A stretch of DNA of 64,000 nt, taken from Catajapyx aquilonaris (lineage: Eukaryota). The stretch is from positions 1 through 64,000 of the forward strand of contig KZ538481.1 of the NCBI GenBank assembly GCA_000934665.2, in the 5' to 3' direction. Of the stretch, positions 51,456 to 64,000 are shown piece after piece. Both the position numbers and the translations under genes were made by a program. The notes beneath the pieces are model-generated. The model was given only the letters and a program-made list of their open reading frames with translations. It was not told the DNA's origin and did no database searches. Position 1 is the stretch's first letter. Each line of letters begins with the position of its first letter.

Positions 51456-54236
51456 TTAAGCGCTAAATTTCTTTCTAAACCCCCTCAGAGAAATGAGAGT
51501 CATGGACACCAAAATGATGAACCAAACAATAACGGAGACATAACCTTGCCATACAGTAGTGTTGTATATGGTCCATCCTCTGGTAAACATGCTTCTAAGA
51601 GCCTCGTTAACAAACGTGTTTGGATTCATGTAACACAACAACTTTACCGGAAGAAAGAAGACGCCTTCGATGGGCCATATGACCCCGCTCATAAGGTGGC
51701 TAAAAATGATTATGCTGGCGGCAAAAAACACTGCCATTATCACGGTTGAGAGAGTGATTCCCATGAAGATACCAAACATACTGGCACACATCCCGTGCAA
51801 AATACATAGAAGAAACAGCCAAGGTGAGGAACTGTAGAAAGGGAAGCCTAAAAGGAAATAAATCACTAGGGTCATGCATATGGAGGTGTATGTGACTATG
51901 AACATCTGTGTGGTCAGCTGGGCCAGGATCAGCTCCCAGTGACGTACACCTAAAAAAAAAAATGTAAACATTTAAAAATTCGTAAACTATTATTATTTGT
52001 TTGTTTGGCAAATGGCCAAATAGGCTACAGCATTACCTGCTACTATTATCCTTTGCACCATTCCGTCTTCTTTTTCCCACATCATGTTGGCTAGCGATGA
52101 TGCCATAATGATTGAAAATATAGCACTGAAAAGCCATAAATATTATAATATGTGCGCGCGTTTTTTCGAACATTACTGTATATCATATTGTTTTTCCTTC
52201 ATGAATTGCTGGCTTACTTGGCCAGTGCAGCCGGAGCGCTGAAGTGAGTAAACTCTGCGTCATTGGTTCCATATATCGGCTTTCCAAAGTTCATTGGGGA
52301 TACTCCCATTACAGGGTTCATGTCGCACGTGGTGAGCATCTCTTGCATGAAATCAGAGTATTTCAACAGCAAGTGCCTCTGAATTAGAAGTGCAATGTGA
52401 TAATCTGAATTCAAAAATTAAAGTTCGAAAATAATTAATCTGAAACACCAGTATTGCTCATGGCACTTACTGCTCATGTCCATTCGGAGTGTGGAAAATG
52501 AATTTTGCAGAGTGGTGTTGTCCACATTCAGTCCCGATAGAATCTTTTCAGTGACGCTATCAGAATAGTTAGCAGGAAATGTAATTACGCCCGCTACGTC
52601 ACCATTTTTCGCTGCAAACCCCGCTGCCGATTCGTTATAATACGGTACCTGAAACACCAATAAAAATAGTTCAAAATTTCTTTAACAGCTTCATGTTTAT
52701 ATCAAGCACAAGATTACAAGTACGCATCACAGGACGTCATGTAATGTATCACAATTTTTGTCTGAAGAATGTGATCACTTATGAGTTCATGAACGACTTA
52801 CCAAATTGACCACATTCTTGTCGAGTCCACCCAAATACCTGCAACTCAAGTTCAGAAACAGACAGTCGTCGAATGGCTGGCAGATTGGGTCATTCGGCCA
52901 TTCGTGGTTCACCACAGCCAGGTGAGTTTTCCGAGGGTTTGGTCCAAGTGTAAAACAAACTAAGAACATCAAAATGGGACCAATATTCATTATGGTAAGT
53001 GTTGGTCTGGAATAAAATTCCACATCATTAAGCGCACGCCAGAAGTCGCAGGAAATGCTCCTGTCAACAACCTAGGCCTACCTGTAGTCACGCCATAGCC
53101 GTGTGAAGTTCTTCCTAAGCATGGCTGCAATGTGATTCTTGGAAGAACCGGTTCTTAACTGACTCTTCTGATGCACAGAGGCTTTGGAAGCAATGATCAC
53201 TTCTCTCTCGGCCTTCTTCCCAAGCTCAGTGGGCTGGAGGTCAGACCTGTTGTTCATGGCGATGTCTTCGTCGTCGTTCACACACAGTGTCAGGAAGACA
53301 TCTTCCAGTTTTGTAGCCCCGTACTGTCGCATGAGTGTGCCTGGTTCATCCTGTGCTAAAAGACGACCATTTCTCATCATGCCCACAGTATCTGCTTGCC
53401 TTGCTTCCTCGATGTAGTGGGTGGTGATGATGACTGTTACCTTGTTAACAGAGGCCACATGTCGAAGATACTTCCACAACCTGTAGGGGACAATTTTTTA
53501 AAAATTCTCTGCGCATAATGCATATCACGTAACTTACATTTGCCTCAAAATTGGATCCACTCCCACTGTGGGTTCGTCCAAAATGAGCAGCCTTGGCTCG
53601 TGGAGTAACGCAATTGCAAAAGACAACCGCTTCTGTTGTCCGCCACTGTATGGTCAATTACAATGTGAATAAAGAACACAATAACCACGTATCAAGTACT
53701 ACCTGAGGGTGTGAATGTGCCTTATTTTCGGCGGAAGCTGCAACAACTTGAGCAGAAATGTAAGCCTCATCTCGATGTCTGATTCGCTCATTCCGTATAT
53801 GCGACCAAAGTAGTGAATAATTTCCTTAATTGTCAGTGCCTGGGACAGACCTTTCTCTTGAGGCATGTATCCAACCACGGGTCCTGGGACACCACATTCG
53901 GCAGTGTTGGGTTCCAATCCGAATATTCGGATATGTCCAGAGTGCAAGTACTTGTCCCCAACAATGCAGGAGAGCACTGTGGTCTTCCCGCATCCACTGG
54001 CGCCAAGAAGGGCGTAGCTGAAATGACAAGAGAAGGTTCAAATAAGACCTAAGGTCAAATACTGTAGTTGGTGTAATTGAGTAACAAACGTACATTTTTC
54101 CTTCTTCCACTCTCATATCGAATTTCTTCAGGACATAATTGGCTTTGGCACCTCTTCCGTACGATTTGACGGCCTTGGAAAACACAACCGCATCGGTACC
54201 TATGCTCTTCGGAAGGACCCCTTCGCCTGTGGACAT
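51456..54236 (-). CDS. ABCH: ABCH-type half ABC transporter, copy 5 (705 aa)
   Basis: Exons 54236-54094, 54017-53703, 53645-53538, 53480-53082, 53006-52802, 52648-52471, 52404-52218, 52125-52037, 51949-51456. Canonical NBD motifs including TTHYIEEA. Confidence 0.92.
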
Positions 54237-54514
54237 GTTTACTACCTGTTACGCAAGATAAAATATGTGATTAGGCTCATAATGAGAGACCCTGAACAAG
54301 CTATAGGGAAACAGCGTATAATTAACCTTCAGGAAATTCAGCTCTTATTCTGTCTCAACTTTTATAATGCGTAAAAATGTCATGGCGAGACGCCCAGATA
54401 ATCATGATTGTACATATTTTGCGTGCTAAAATTTCGGCATTTGGTTTAAACTAGTTCTCTTCCGGATTCTGACCTCTGGCTCTGGAAGCTCCATTTTTGA
54501 TGGAAATCCCGCAT

Positions 54515-54705
54515 GTTGGGGAGGGAGGGGGGGTCTTTTTCCGTTTTTGACCCGACATGCCCGGGCGGAATTACACTCCCTACTCTGCCCAGGGCCAGGA
54601 GAAAAGGGGTGGTGTATTTTACAAAGGCAGAAGTGACTATAATTACTGCTCCCTGCCTTTGGAACCTCACTCTTCCCCCTAAAATCACGGGGTACATAAA
54701 AAATT
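54515..54705 (+). mobile_element. 5'-truncated SINE, family B
   Basis: gggtctttttccg.ttt.gacccgacatgcc...ctactctgcccagggccaggagaaa...cggggtacat matches the body of the element at 47457. Confidence 0.75.
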
Positions 54706-55410
54706 ATTGCATGCCAACAATAATTAAGAGATTATTCTGACAATTATTTAGTATGATTATGTAACGCCTTTTATGGTCTCAAACTAATAATATTCAAAAT
54801 TTACCTAAACTGCTTAGCAAAAATATTTGCTCCCACGGTCGATGTTCTGTTGTAGTCAACAACTTCAATAGCACTTGCCTGTTCATGCGACATTCAGGAG
54901 CTGCTGTAGACCTCCTGCTCCGACCACTTCTTAGTTCAAAGTAAAGGCCATGTTGCTACCCCCACGTCCTCACTCCTTCACTGTTGTCCGAGGAAAATCC
55001 TAATAGTATTGGGGAAGGGGTAGTCATTATGTAACTCATACTGTAACCGCCCACTGTTACTCTTCCTTTTCAGGAAACCTTCTCTGCCCAAGGATGCGGT
55101 CCAGAGAGTTTTTTTTTGTCTTCCTTTCATGCCAGAAGGTTCATAACAAAAAACAAAATACTCTAGGGCTCTGTAGAAGTCTTGCATTTGTTTGAAAAAG
55201 ATGCATCAAAAACAAATTTTTATGTCCAGCACAATAAGAAAAGCATAATGAATATTTTGGTTATACCATACTCATAACACAGGATGGCGACGTCAATCCG
55301 CGTCAATCACTTCTGATCTTTCGCATCTTGCCGTCTCTGTCTGCGGAGTGTGCTTTTAAGTGAGGTCCTCATCGTCCTGTGATATGTGGGGAAATAAGTG
55401 TTAAACTAGA

Positions 55411-55413
55411 TAT

Positions 55414-55468
<55 letters not shown>

Positions 55469-55471
55469 TTT
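55411..55471 (+). repeat. (TTTA)n microsatellite, probably a retroposon tail
   Basis: Direct reading; followed by ttaccccgg, like the SINE 3' ends elsewhere in the window. Confidence 0.9.
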
Positions 55472-56636
55472 TACCCCGGTGGGCACGATGGCCGATTACT
55501 AGATATTATACTTGACTATAGAAGCTGCTAATTAATGTGAAACCTACCATGCACTTGTGAATGATTTTTTTTTCTTTTGCAGTATTTCTTAGCAAACTTT
55601 GAGAGGGCTTGGTCCGGGTCCTGCAACAAGAACAAAGATTAATCCACTCTATGGAATTCCAAGGAGAGTTAAGAAATTATTTATAATAATATAACTTCTT
55701 CTTCAACAAGTGCTAGTTGCTTGAAAAATTCATCAACATTTTTCTTCAATATTTCTATGACGTCCTCCTCTATACAATAAGGCTCAGTTCATACTCCACC
55801 TGTCGACCCGGCCACCTGTAGAGATTACAATCAATCATTATTAATAATAATACACGGGGATTTTAGAATACAAATTAATATAATCAATGGCAAGTTTTAT
55901 GATTTTGATTAACACAAAAGCAGCATCGACAGTAGTAGCCTCCATTCAAACATGTGCATAAGTTCATTTTTACCCTAAACACTAACCTTCAACGTTGGTG
56001 TAGAATCATACATTTAATGGCGTTTTCACCTATTAACATCCTAACTTGATTATGATTAGACAGGAGATAGTGGATATTAATATCAGCCAGATTTTTACCG
56101 ATGCTAATTAGAGATCACTTTTGTTACATATGGGGTAATCCAGTCCAGTTTAGTAATAAGTTCCATTGTGAAGTAATCTATGCAATAGTAGCCCTACTAA
56201 TTGACGTACAAAATGTTACATTCCTCTTCCCCGGATTTACCAGCCATTTCATCGTTTAATTATAACTGGTATTAAGCTCTTTCACTTCAAGTTGCTTGAT
56301 TGTCATTATGTCAGAGGAGCTAATCACATAGCCACTATTTGACGATTCAATGGTACTTACTTGCTTGTGCGACATTCAGCTGATGCTGTGTCTCCGATCT
56401 CTTCTAAGGACAATAAATAAAGGTACCCCTCACGAAAACGAGCTTTTCAACTGAAATTATGTGAATGAGTTGTTTAGCAACACTTTCGCTTCATTTAAGG
56501 GTTCAAAACTGTTTCTACATGAATTTATATACAAAGAAATAATTTCATTGCTACTATGTTTATTTCACTTTTCTACTGTGATACTCTACCATTACAAAAT
56601 TAATAGCAGGCATCTTCCACTTCATGGTAAACAGTG

Positions 56637-59600
56637 TTAAGCGCTAAATTTCTTTCTGAACCCCCTCAGAGAAATGAGAGTCACGGACACCAAAATGATG
56701 AACCAAACAATTACAGAGACATAACCTTGCCATACAGTAGTGTTGTATATGGTCCATCCTCTGGTAAACATGCTTCTAAGGGCCTCGTTAACAAACGTGT
56801 TTGGATTCATGTAACACAACAACTTTACCGGAAGAAAGAAGACGCCCTCGATGGGCCATACGACCCCGCTCATAACATGGCTAAATATCATTATGCTGAC
56901 GCAAAAAAACACTGCCATTATCAAGGTTGAGAGAGTGACTCCCATGAAGATACCAAACATACTGGCACACATCCCGTGCAAAATACATAGAAGAAACAGC
57001 CAAGGTGAGGAACTGTAGAAAGGGAAGCCTAAAAGGAAATAAATCACTAGGGTCATGCATATGGAGGTGTATGTGACTATGAACATCTGTGTGGTCAGCT
57101 GGGCCAGGATCAGCTCCCAGTGACGTACACCTAGAAAAAAAATGTAAACATTTAAAAATTCGTAAATTATTATTATTTGTTTGTTTGGGAAATAGGCTAC
57201 AGCATTACCTGCTACTATTATCCTTTGCACCATTCCGTCTTCTTTTTCCCACATAATGTTGGCCATCGATGATACCAGAATGATTCCAAATATAGCACTG
57301 AAAAATGATAAGTGTTACAATGTGTGCGTACGTTTTTTTTGTCTATTTCTGTATACCATATTGTTTTTCCTTCATTCTTTGACTTACTTGGCCAGTGCAG
57401 CCGGAGCGCTGAAGTGAGTAAACGCTGCGTCATTGGTTCCATATATCGGCTTTCCAAAGTTCATTGGGGATACTCCCATTACAGGGTTCATGTCGCACGT
57501 GGCGAGCATCTCTTGCATGAAATCAGAGTATTTCAACAGCAAGTGCCTCTGAATTAGAAGTGCAATGTGGTAATCTGCATTGAAATTTGAAAGATTGATT
57601 AATATAATAATTAATCTCAAACACCAATATTACTCATGGCACTTACTGCTCATGTCCATTCGGAGTGTGGAAAATGAGTTTTGCAGAGTGGTGTTGTCCA
57701 CATTGAGTCCCGATAGAAACTTTTCAGTGACGCTATCAGAATAGTTAGCAGGAAATGTAATTACGCCCGCTACGTCACCATTTTTCGCTGCAAACTCCGC
57801 TGCCGATTCGTTATAATACGGTACCTGAAACACCAATAAAAATGGTTCAAAATTTCTTTAACAGCTTCATGTTTATATCAAGTACAAGATTATAAGTACA
57901 GAGTGATCGAAAAAGAATGTCCCAATCTGAAAACCCTATAACTCGGAAACTTGTAGATATATCTGAGTGATTGAAGTTTTGAAATGCTAAGAAATGTCTA
58001 AGTTTTGGTCTCACCTTAGTCTGGTTCGATATGACGTTCATGTGTCGCTTGGCAGATAAAAAAGGTGGTAATCTGTGTTGTGCCAAACCCTATATCAATC
58101 ATATCTGGAGCTACCGTTGCCAAACCGTTGCAATCCTATCCCGTATGTGCTGGATATCTTGGGTGTTTACACCACACACATGGTTCTTGATTAATCACAT
58201 AGAAAGTCGCCTCATTCATGAAACAAACCTGCCGTAGAAAAGTTTCATTTGTTCAGCCTCCCAATGTGCGAAGACTTTAATGAGAAGTTTTGCCATGCCT
58301 AGCCTCTCCAGAAGGGCAGATATTACCCCGGAGGACTTTTTTGTGGAGATACATGTATGGTGAAAAGATCCGGCATCACCAGCACCTACGTGATAAGATT
58401 ATAACGGTAACGCCAGACATGCCTGAGCGGGTTTGGCACGACACCTATAACCGTATTAAAATTTTTTGACCGACAAATGGAGCTCGTATCGAAACAAATT
58501 GTGGTAAGCCCAAAACTGTAGAGAGGGATGTAGACACTTCTGAGAATTTCAAAACTTAAATCATTAAGACACGTCTACAAGTTTTCGAGTTATATAGTTG
58601 TCAAATTGGGACATTATTTTTCGATGACCCTGTACTTCAGGTAGGCCTACTCATTATAGGACGTTATGTCACTATTTTTGTCTGAAGAATGTGATGACGA
58701 GTGAGTTTATGAAAGACTTACCAAATTGACCACATTCTTGTCGAGTCCATCCAAATACCTGCAACTCAAGTTCAGAAACAGACAGTCGTCGAATGGCTGG
58801 CAGATTGGGTCATTCGGCCATTCGTGGTTCACCACAGCCAGGTTAGTTTTCCGAGGGTTTGGTCCAAGTGTAAAACAGACTAAGAACATCAAAATGGGAC
58901 CAATATTCATTATGGTAAGTGTTGGACTGGAATAAAATTCCACATCATTAATCTCACGCCAGAAGTCGCAGGAAAGCTCATGCCAACAACCTGGGCCTAC
59001 CTGTAGTCACGCCATAGCCGTGTGAAGTTCTTCCTAAGCATGGCTGCAATGTGATTCTTGGAAGAACCGGTTCTTAACTGACTCTTCTGATGCACAGAGG
59101 CTTTGGAAGCAATGATCACTTCTCTCTCGGCCTTCTTCCCAAGCTCAGTGGGCTGGAGGTCAGACCTGTTGTTCATGGCGATGTCTTCGTCGTCGTTCAC
59201 ACACAGTGTCAGGAAGACATCTTCCAGTTTTGTAGCCCCGTACTGTCGCATGAGTGTGCCTGGTTCATCCTGTGCTAAAAGACGGCCATTTCTCATCATG
59301 CCCACAGTGTCTGCTTGCCTTGCTTCCTCGATGTAGTGGGTGGTGATGATGACTGTTACCTTGTTAACAGAGGCCACATGTCGAAGATACTTCCACAACC
59401 TGTAGGGGACAATTTTTATAAAATTCTCTGCGCATAATGCATATCACGTAACTTACATTTCCCTCAATATAGGATCCACTCCCACTGTGGGTTCGTCCAA
59501 AATGAGCAGCCTTGGCTCGTGGAGTAACGCAATTGCAAAAGACAACCGCTTCTGTTGTCCGCCACTGTATGGTCAATTACAATGTGAATAAAGAACACAA

Positions 59601-60155
59601 TAACCATGCATCAGTTACTACCTGAGGGTGTGAATGTGCCTTATTTTCGGCGGAAGCTGCAACAACTTGAGCAGAAATGTAAGCCTCATCTCGATGTCTG
59701 ATTCGCTCATTCCGTATATGCGACCAAAGTAGTGAATAATTTCCTTAATTGTCAGTGCCTGGGACAGACCTTTCTCTTGAGGCATGTATCCAACCACGGG
59801 TCCTGGGACACCACATTCGGCAGTGTTGGGTTCCAATCCGAATATTCGGATATGTCCAGAGTGCAAGTACTTGTCCCCAACAATGCAGGAGAGCACTGTG
59901 GTCTTCCCGCATCCACTGGCGCCAAGAAGGGCGTAGCTGAAATGACAAGTGAAGGTTCAAATAAGACCTAAGGTCAAATACTGCAGTTGGTGTAATTGAG
60001 TAACTAACGTACATTTTTCCTTCCTCCACTGTCATATCGAATTTCTTCAGGACATAATGGGCTTTGGCACCTCTTTCGTACGATTTGACGGCTTTGGAGA
60101 ATACAACCGCATCGGTACCGGTGCTCTTCGGAAGGACCCCGTCGCCTGTACCCAT
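56637..60155 (-). CDS. ABCH: ABCH-type half ABC transporter, copy 6 (705 aa)
   Basis: Exons 60155-60013, 59936-59622, 59564-59457, 59399-59001, 58926-58722, 57824-57647, 57574-57388, 57297-57209, 57130-56637. Canonical NBD motifs including TTHYIEEA. Confidence 0.92.
57899..58632. mobile_element. Tc1/mariner-type non-autonomous element in a copy 6 intron
   Basis: TA|CAGAGTGATCGAAAAAGAATGTCCCAAT ... ATTGGGACATTATTTTTCGATGACCCTG|TA with ~100-bp TIRs. The empty site is visible in copies 4 and 5 (caagtacgcatc). Confidence 0.9.
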
Positions 60156-61862
60156 GTTTACTGCCTGTTAAGCAAGATAAAACGATTGATTAGGCTCATA
60201 ATGGTACACCCGGAACAAGTTATAGGGAAACACCGTGATTAACCTTCAGGAAATTCAACTCTTATTCTGACTCAACTTTTATAAAGCGTAAAAATGTCAT
60301 GGGCAAGGCCCATTGATAATCATGATTGTACTTATTTTGCGTGCTAAAATTTCGACATTTGGTGTGGACTAGTTCTCTTCCGGATGCTGACCTCTGGAAA
60401 CTCCATTTTTGATGGAAATCCCACAGGTTGACGGCCTTTATTGCGCAGCTAATTACAACTTGTTAACCTTCTACTGAAGGATAGGCTACTTCAGTAATAT
60501 AAATGTCAGAGAAATCGCTTAGAATTAATTAATGCTTTTGCAACTTGCACTGTCTTGCCTGATGTTGATACCTTGTATTGTGTTCATATAATCATGCAAT
60601 ATATAACAAGTTACGTTTGTATGCTATAATGATATATTCTGTAGTTATTTGAATGCTATTCACGTATAAATTCATGCGAAGCATGTGTCGTAAAGGTACA
60701 TTTTTTTGCTCTAAAACGTATTGCTGTGAATCGTATTTTAGTGTATGTAACACATGACAATCCTATCAGATTGGAAGCAATTTCTTTAAGAAGTGTCGAG
60801 TTGAAAGCAGTTGGATAAAAGAGAGACTGAAAAAATGCAATCAGAAAATGCCAATACTAATTAAGGGATTATTCCCACAATTTATGATGATTATGTAATC
60901 CTTTGTTCCTACTTTTGCGGTCTCATTATATAAAATAGCAAGGTTAACTTGTTCATAAAATTCTGACTGCTTGGTTTGGCCGGATTTTCTTGTGTAACAT
61001 TGCTAATGACTCATGATGTACGTAGTATATCAAGCAGTTAATCTGTTCGTCTGCAATAAGTAGCAATATAAATCGTCGTCACTAAGCTTTGTGCCTGGTA
61101 CTTGATAGTTTCATACTCAAAATTCCTCGACTCATATATTTTAGAAGCTGCAAGAACCTTATAATATTGCCTATAATATTACAAATCAATCAGTAAATGT
61201 CGATAGTGCCTGAAGTCATACTTTTTGTTTTTGTACCCCGCGCTAGGGCCCTAGGCCCTCTTAGGGGAGTGGCATACCACCATCCGGTGCAGAGGACAGG
61301 GATAATGAGGGGGGGGGGGGNNNNNNNNNGGGGGGGGGGGGGGACCCAACCTTTTCGGGCCTTCGTGCCCCTTTGAGAGCAGTTGGTCCTTCTTGTACCC
61401 CCTACCAGGATAAAAAATTTACCGAATCCTTGCCATTTAACTAATCGGTGATAATCGTGATAACTACCTTATAATCAATATTTTGGGACCAGGAATATGA
61501 TGAAGTGAAAGAGACATTTTTCCGATTATAATCCAGCTATATTTTTCTTTGTGCAAGCCACTTATGGGCTGGGCTATGTCAAAAATGGCTCGACTTGGAC
61601 TCAGAGGTACTTAGCTCCGTACCCCCAGGAGGGGCACCTAGTAACCCTGGTTGGGAAGAATGGGAACCCCTGCACTACAGTATCTAATCTTGATCATAGC
61701 ATGTACGGTGTAGGCCTACGAATTACTTTTGTTGCTTTTCATTAGTTATCTCAATCCGATTTCCACAACAACATTAACCAAGATATGCCTGACTTAGTTT
61801 TTGTTTAATGTCTTAAATATTGTTTTTATGAGCAAATGAAAAACTAACGCAATAACTAACTA

Positions 61863-62134
61863 CACTGCACTCCCGATTATCCGGGCTTGCCGGATAATCG
61901 GAAAATACTGATAATCCGAAAATGGTCCTAGATACCATAAAATGAGCTATTCAGAGATTTTAATTAATTACTGCTAAGGTTTAATCAAAATAAAACATAT
62001 AAATAATTTTTAGCTTATCTTCTGTAGAAAAAGTCTGTCATATTTTCTTTGTTTGCGAGACATTCGCATTTTTACGAACTTTTCTCTTGCAATGTACGGA
62101 TAATCCGAAACACCGGATAATCGGGAGTACAGTG
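61863..62134. mobile_element. pogo/Tigger-like MITE (paralogous, left-end-damaged copy at ~48632-48897)
   Basis: TA|CACTGCACTCCCGATTATCCGG ... CCGGATAATCGGGAGTACAGTG|TA. Confidence 0.85.
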
Positions 62135-62270
62135 TATGTAACATTTATGTGAGTGTTCCGAAATTAACATTTTATGATTTTAAATACTAAATTTAAAGTT
62201 CTAATTTTTAAAGTCTGGTTAATTGTTCAGGTGTCCCTTATAACGGACGCTCGGAAAATATGGGCTAAAA

Positions 62271-62273
<3 letters not shown>

Positions 62274-62338
<65 letters not shown>

Positions 62339-62340
62339 CC
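62274..62340 (+). repeat. (CAA)n microsatellite
   Basis: Direct reading; it produces the spurious polyQ and polyC ORFs in the track. Confidence 0.95.
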
Positions 62341-64000
62341 GAAAAGTGGACCGGTCTGACTAAGTGGTGCGTCGTAAAACTCATTTGGTGAAAATGTGAA
62401 AAACTGAATAATATTCAAAATTTACCTAAACTGATGATCAAAAATATTTGCTCCCACGGTCAATGATCTGTTTAAGTCACCAACTTCAATAGCACTTACC
62501 TGTTCATGCGACATTCAGGAGCTGCTGTAGACCTCCTGCTCCGACCACTTCTTGGTTCAAAGTAAAGGCCATGTGGCTACCCCCATGTCCTCTCCCCGTC
62601 CTCCCTCCTTCACTGTTGGCCGAGGAAAATCCTAATAGTATCGCTGATGGGTTAGTCATTATTAAACTCGTTTAGAACCGCCCACTGTTTCTCCTCCCTT
62701 TTATGCAACCTTCTAGTCCAAGGATTCTGTCCAGAGAGTGTGTTCACACTTCACAGTATGACCATGACCTTCTAATGCGTTCACCTAAAGAGGAATTTCA
62801 GTATGTACTGGATATTCCTAGTTTCAATTAAATAGTACAATCACTATAAGTGGTAGAATATTAAACGATTGAAATGTATTAATCTTGATTAGGAAACACG
62901 CGCATTATATATGTCGAGGTTACCTTCACGTGTCTTGAGGACAACGAACGAGACCAGTAAATAGTGGAGGACCTTCAGTGTGACAGCAATATCTTAAATG
63001 AAGAGTTGGAACTGGTTTGCTAAATTTGGGATTAAAAACAAAGGAATATGCGAAATTTTTGGCTTGGAAGTAAGTACAGTACATGATACGCCATAAGTGT
63101 AATTACAGCACAGATACGCTTGAGTAAGTTACTCTCACGTGTGTTTAGACGCATCATTCATCATCTTCCAAGCTTTTCTTAGCCCAAGGTCACACATGTC
63201 ATTGTCCCTTGTTGCATACAGTACTTGCACCACATATTTTCAGTAACATTGCCTAAACAAAATGTGTACAAAAATATTGGAAAACTGGTTTTAATTCCAA
63301 CACGTTGCGGTTCTTGAGTGTAATTTTTTGGGGGTCGGATTTACGTGACGTCACAAGAAACTCCCTGGACCGGAAAGCCGAGCACGAGGTTGTTTTATGA
63401 CCTACCTCAATCCTTGGGCTGTGAAGGTTACCCCGAATCTCTATAGAGAGCTAGGCGGATTACTCAAGGATACAGTTTTTACTGGAAAGGTCAGTTCTGC
63501 AGTCACGTCTCTTGGTTTTTATGCTGTGCATGTGAGTCCAAAAATAAAAGGCAATTAACATAATCTATAAACAATGCAAGAGATATGTATAAATTATCCC
63601 TTCATTTTTTTAAAAATAATTCAGGCTAGCATATTATGTAAATTGCAATATTGAGGACAGAAAATCCTCATTACAACATATTGAGCTGCTGCATTGTTTT
63701 ACTCGTACCAGAGTTGCCTGTAAGTGTTTGAAGCAATTTATTGTTAATTATTATTTTTTGTACTTTCCTACATTTTGGGAATATTTTCCCACACTGAGCC
63801 TTCAATAATTAATTAATAAGTTAATTCTGAGCTGAATATTTATTTTTCAGATGTATCGGCCTTCCCAGCTGCGTTTAATGATTATATCACAAGTTGCAAT
63901 GCCGTAATGACTGTATGCCGTAATGCACTTTTCGCAATGTGCCACACGTGCTGGCAAATATACATGCGAATCGTGTCCATCACTATAACACTTCGATCAC

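Noticed and set aside
62174..62418. PolyQ and polyC ORFs
   Set aside because: They are translations of a (CAA)n microsatellite.

Overview
AT-rich, intron-containing eukaryotic DNA, very probably from an arthropod-type invertebrate (inferred from gene content; species not identifiable). Bases 1-20.9 kb are a gene-poor transposon graveyard: the 5' end of a mariner element with an open transposase N-terminus, CACTA-like and other transposase relics, MITEs and an old internal duplication. Bases 21-64 kb hold a minus-strand tandem array of six apparently intact 9-coding-exon ABCH-type half ABC transporter genes plus one collapsed relic. A 3-exon plus-strand short-chain dehydrogenase resembling the ecdysteroidogenic enzyme Shroud/Nm-g sits inside the array, head-to-head with copy 3. 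Copies 2 and 3 carry Gln instead of the catalytic H-loop His (STQYIEEA vs [16 protein letters not shown]), a degenerate ATPase-site change like that in TAP1. Paralog divergence clusters in transmembrane segments, with patchwork gene conversion elsewhere. Many MITEs and SINEs have readable TIRs and TSDs, including nested ones and one in a 3' UTR. Exon coordinates were read by hand from GT-AG junctions and give in-frame totals. Family calls rest on recalled motifs, not database searches.
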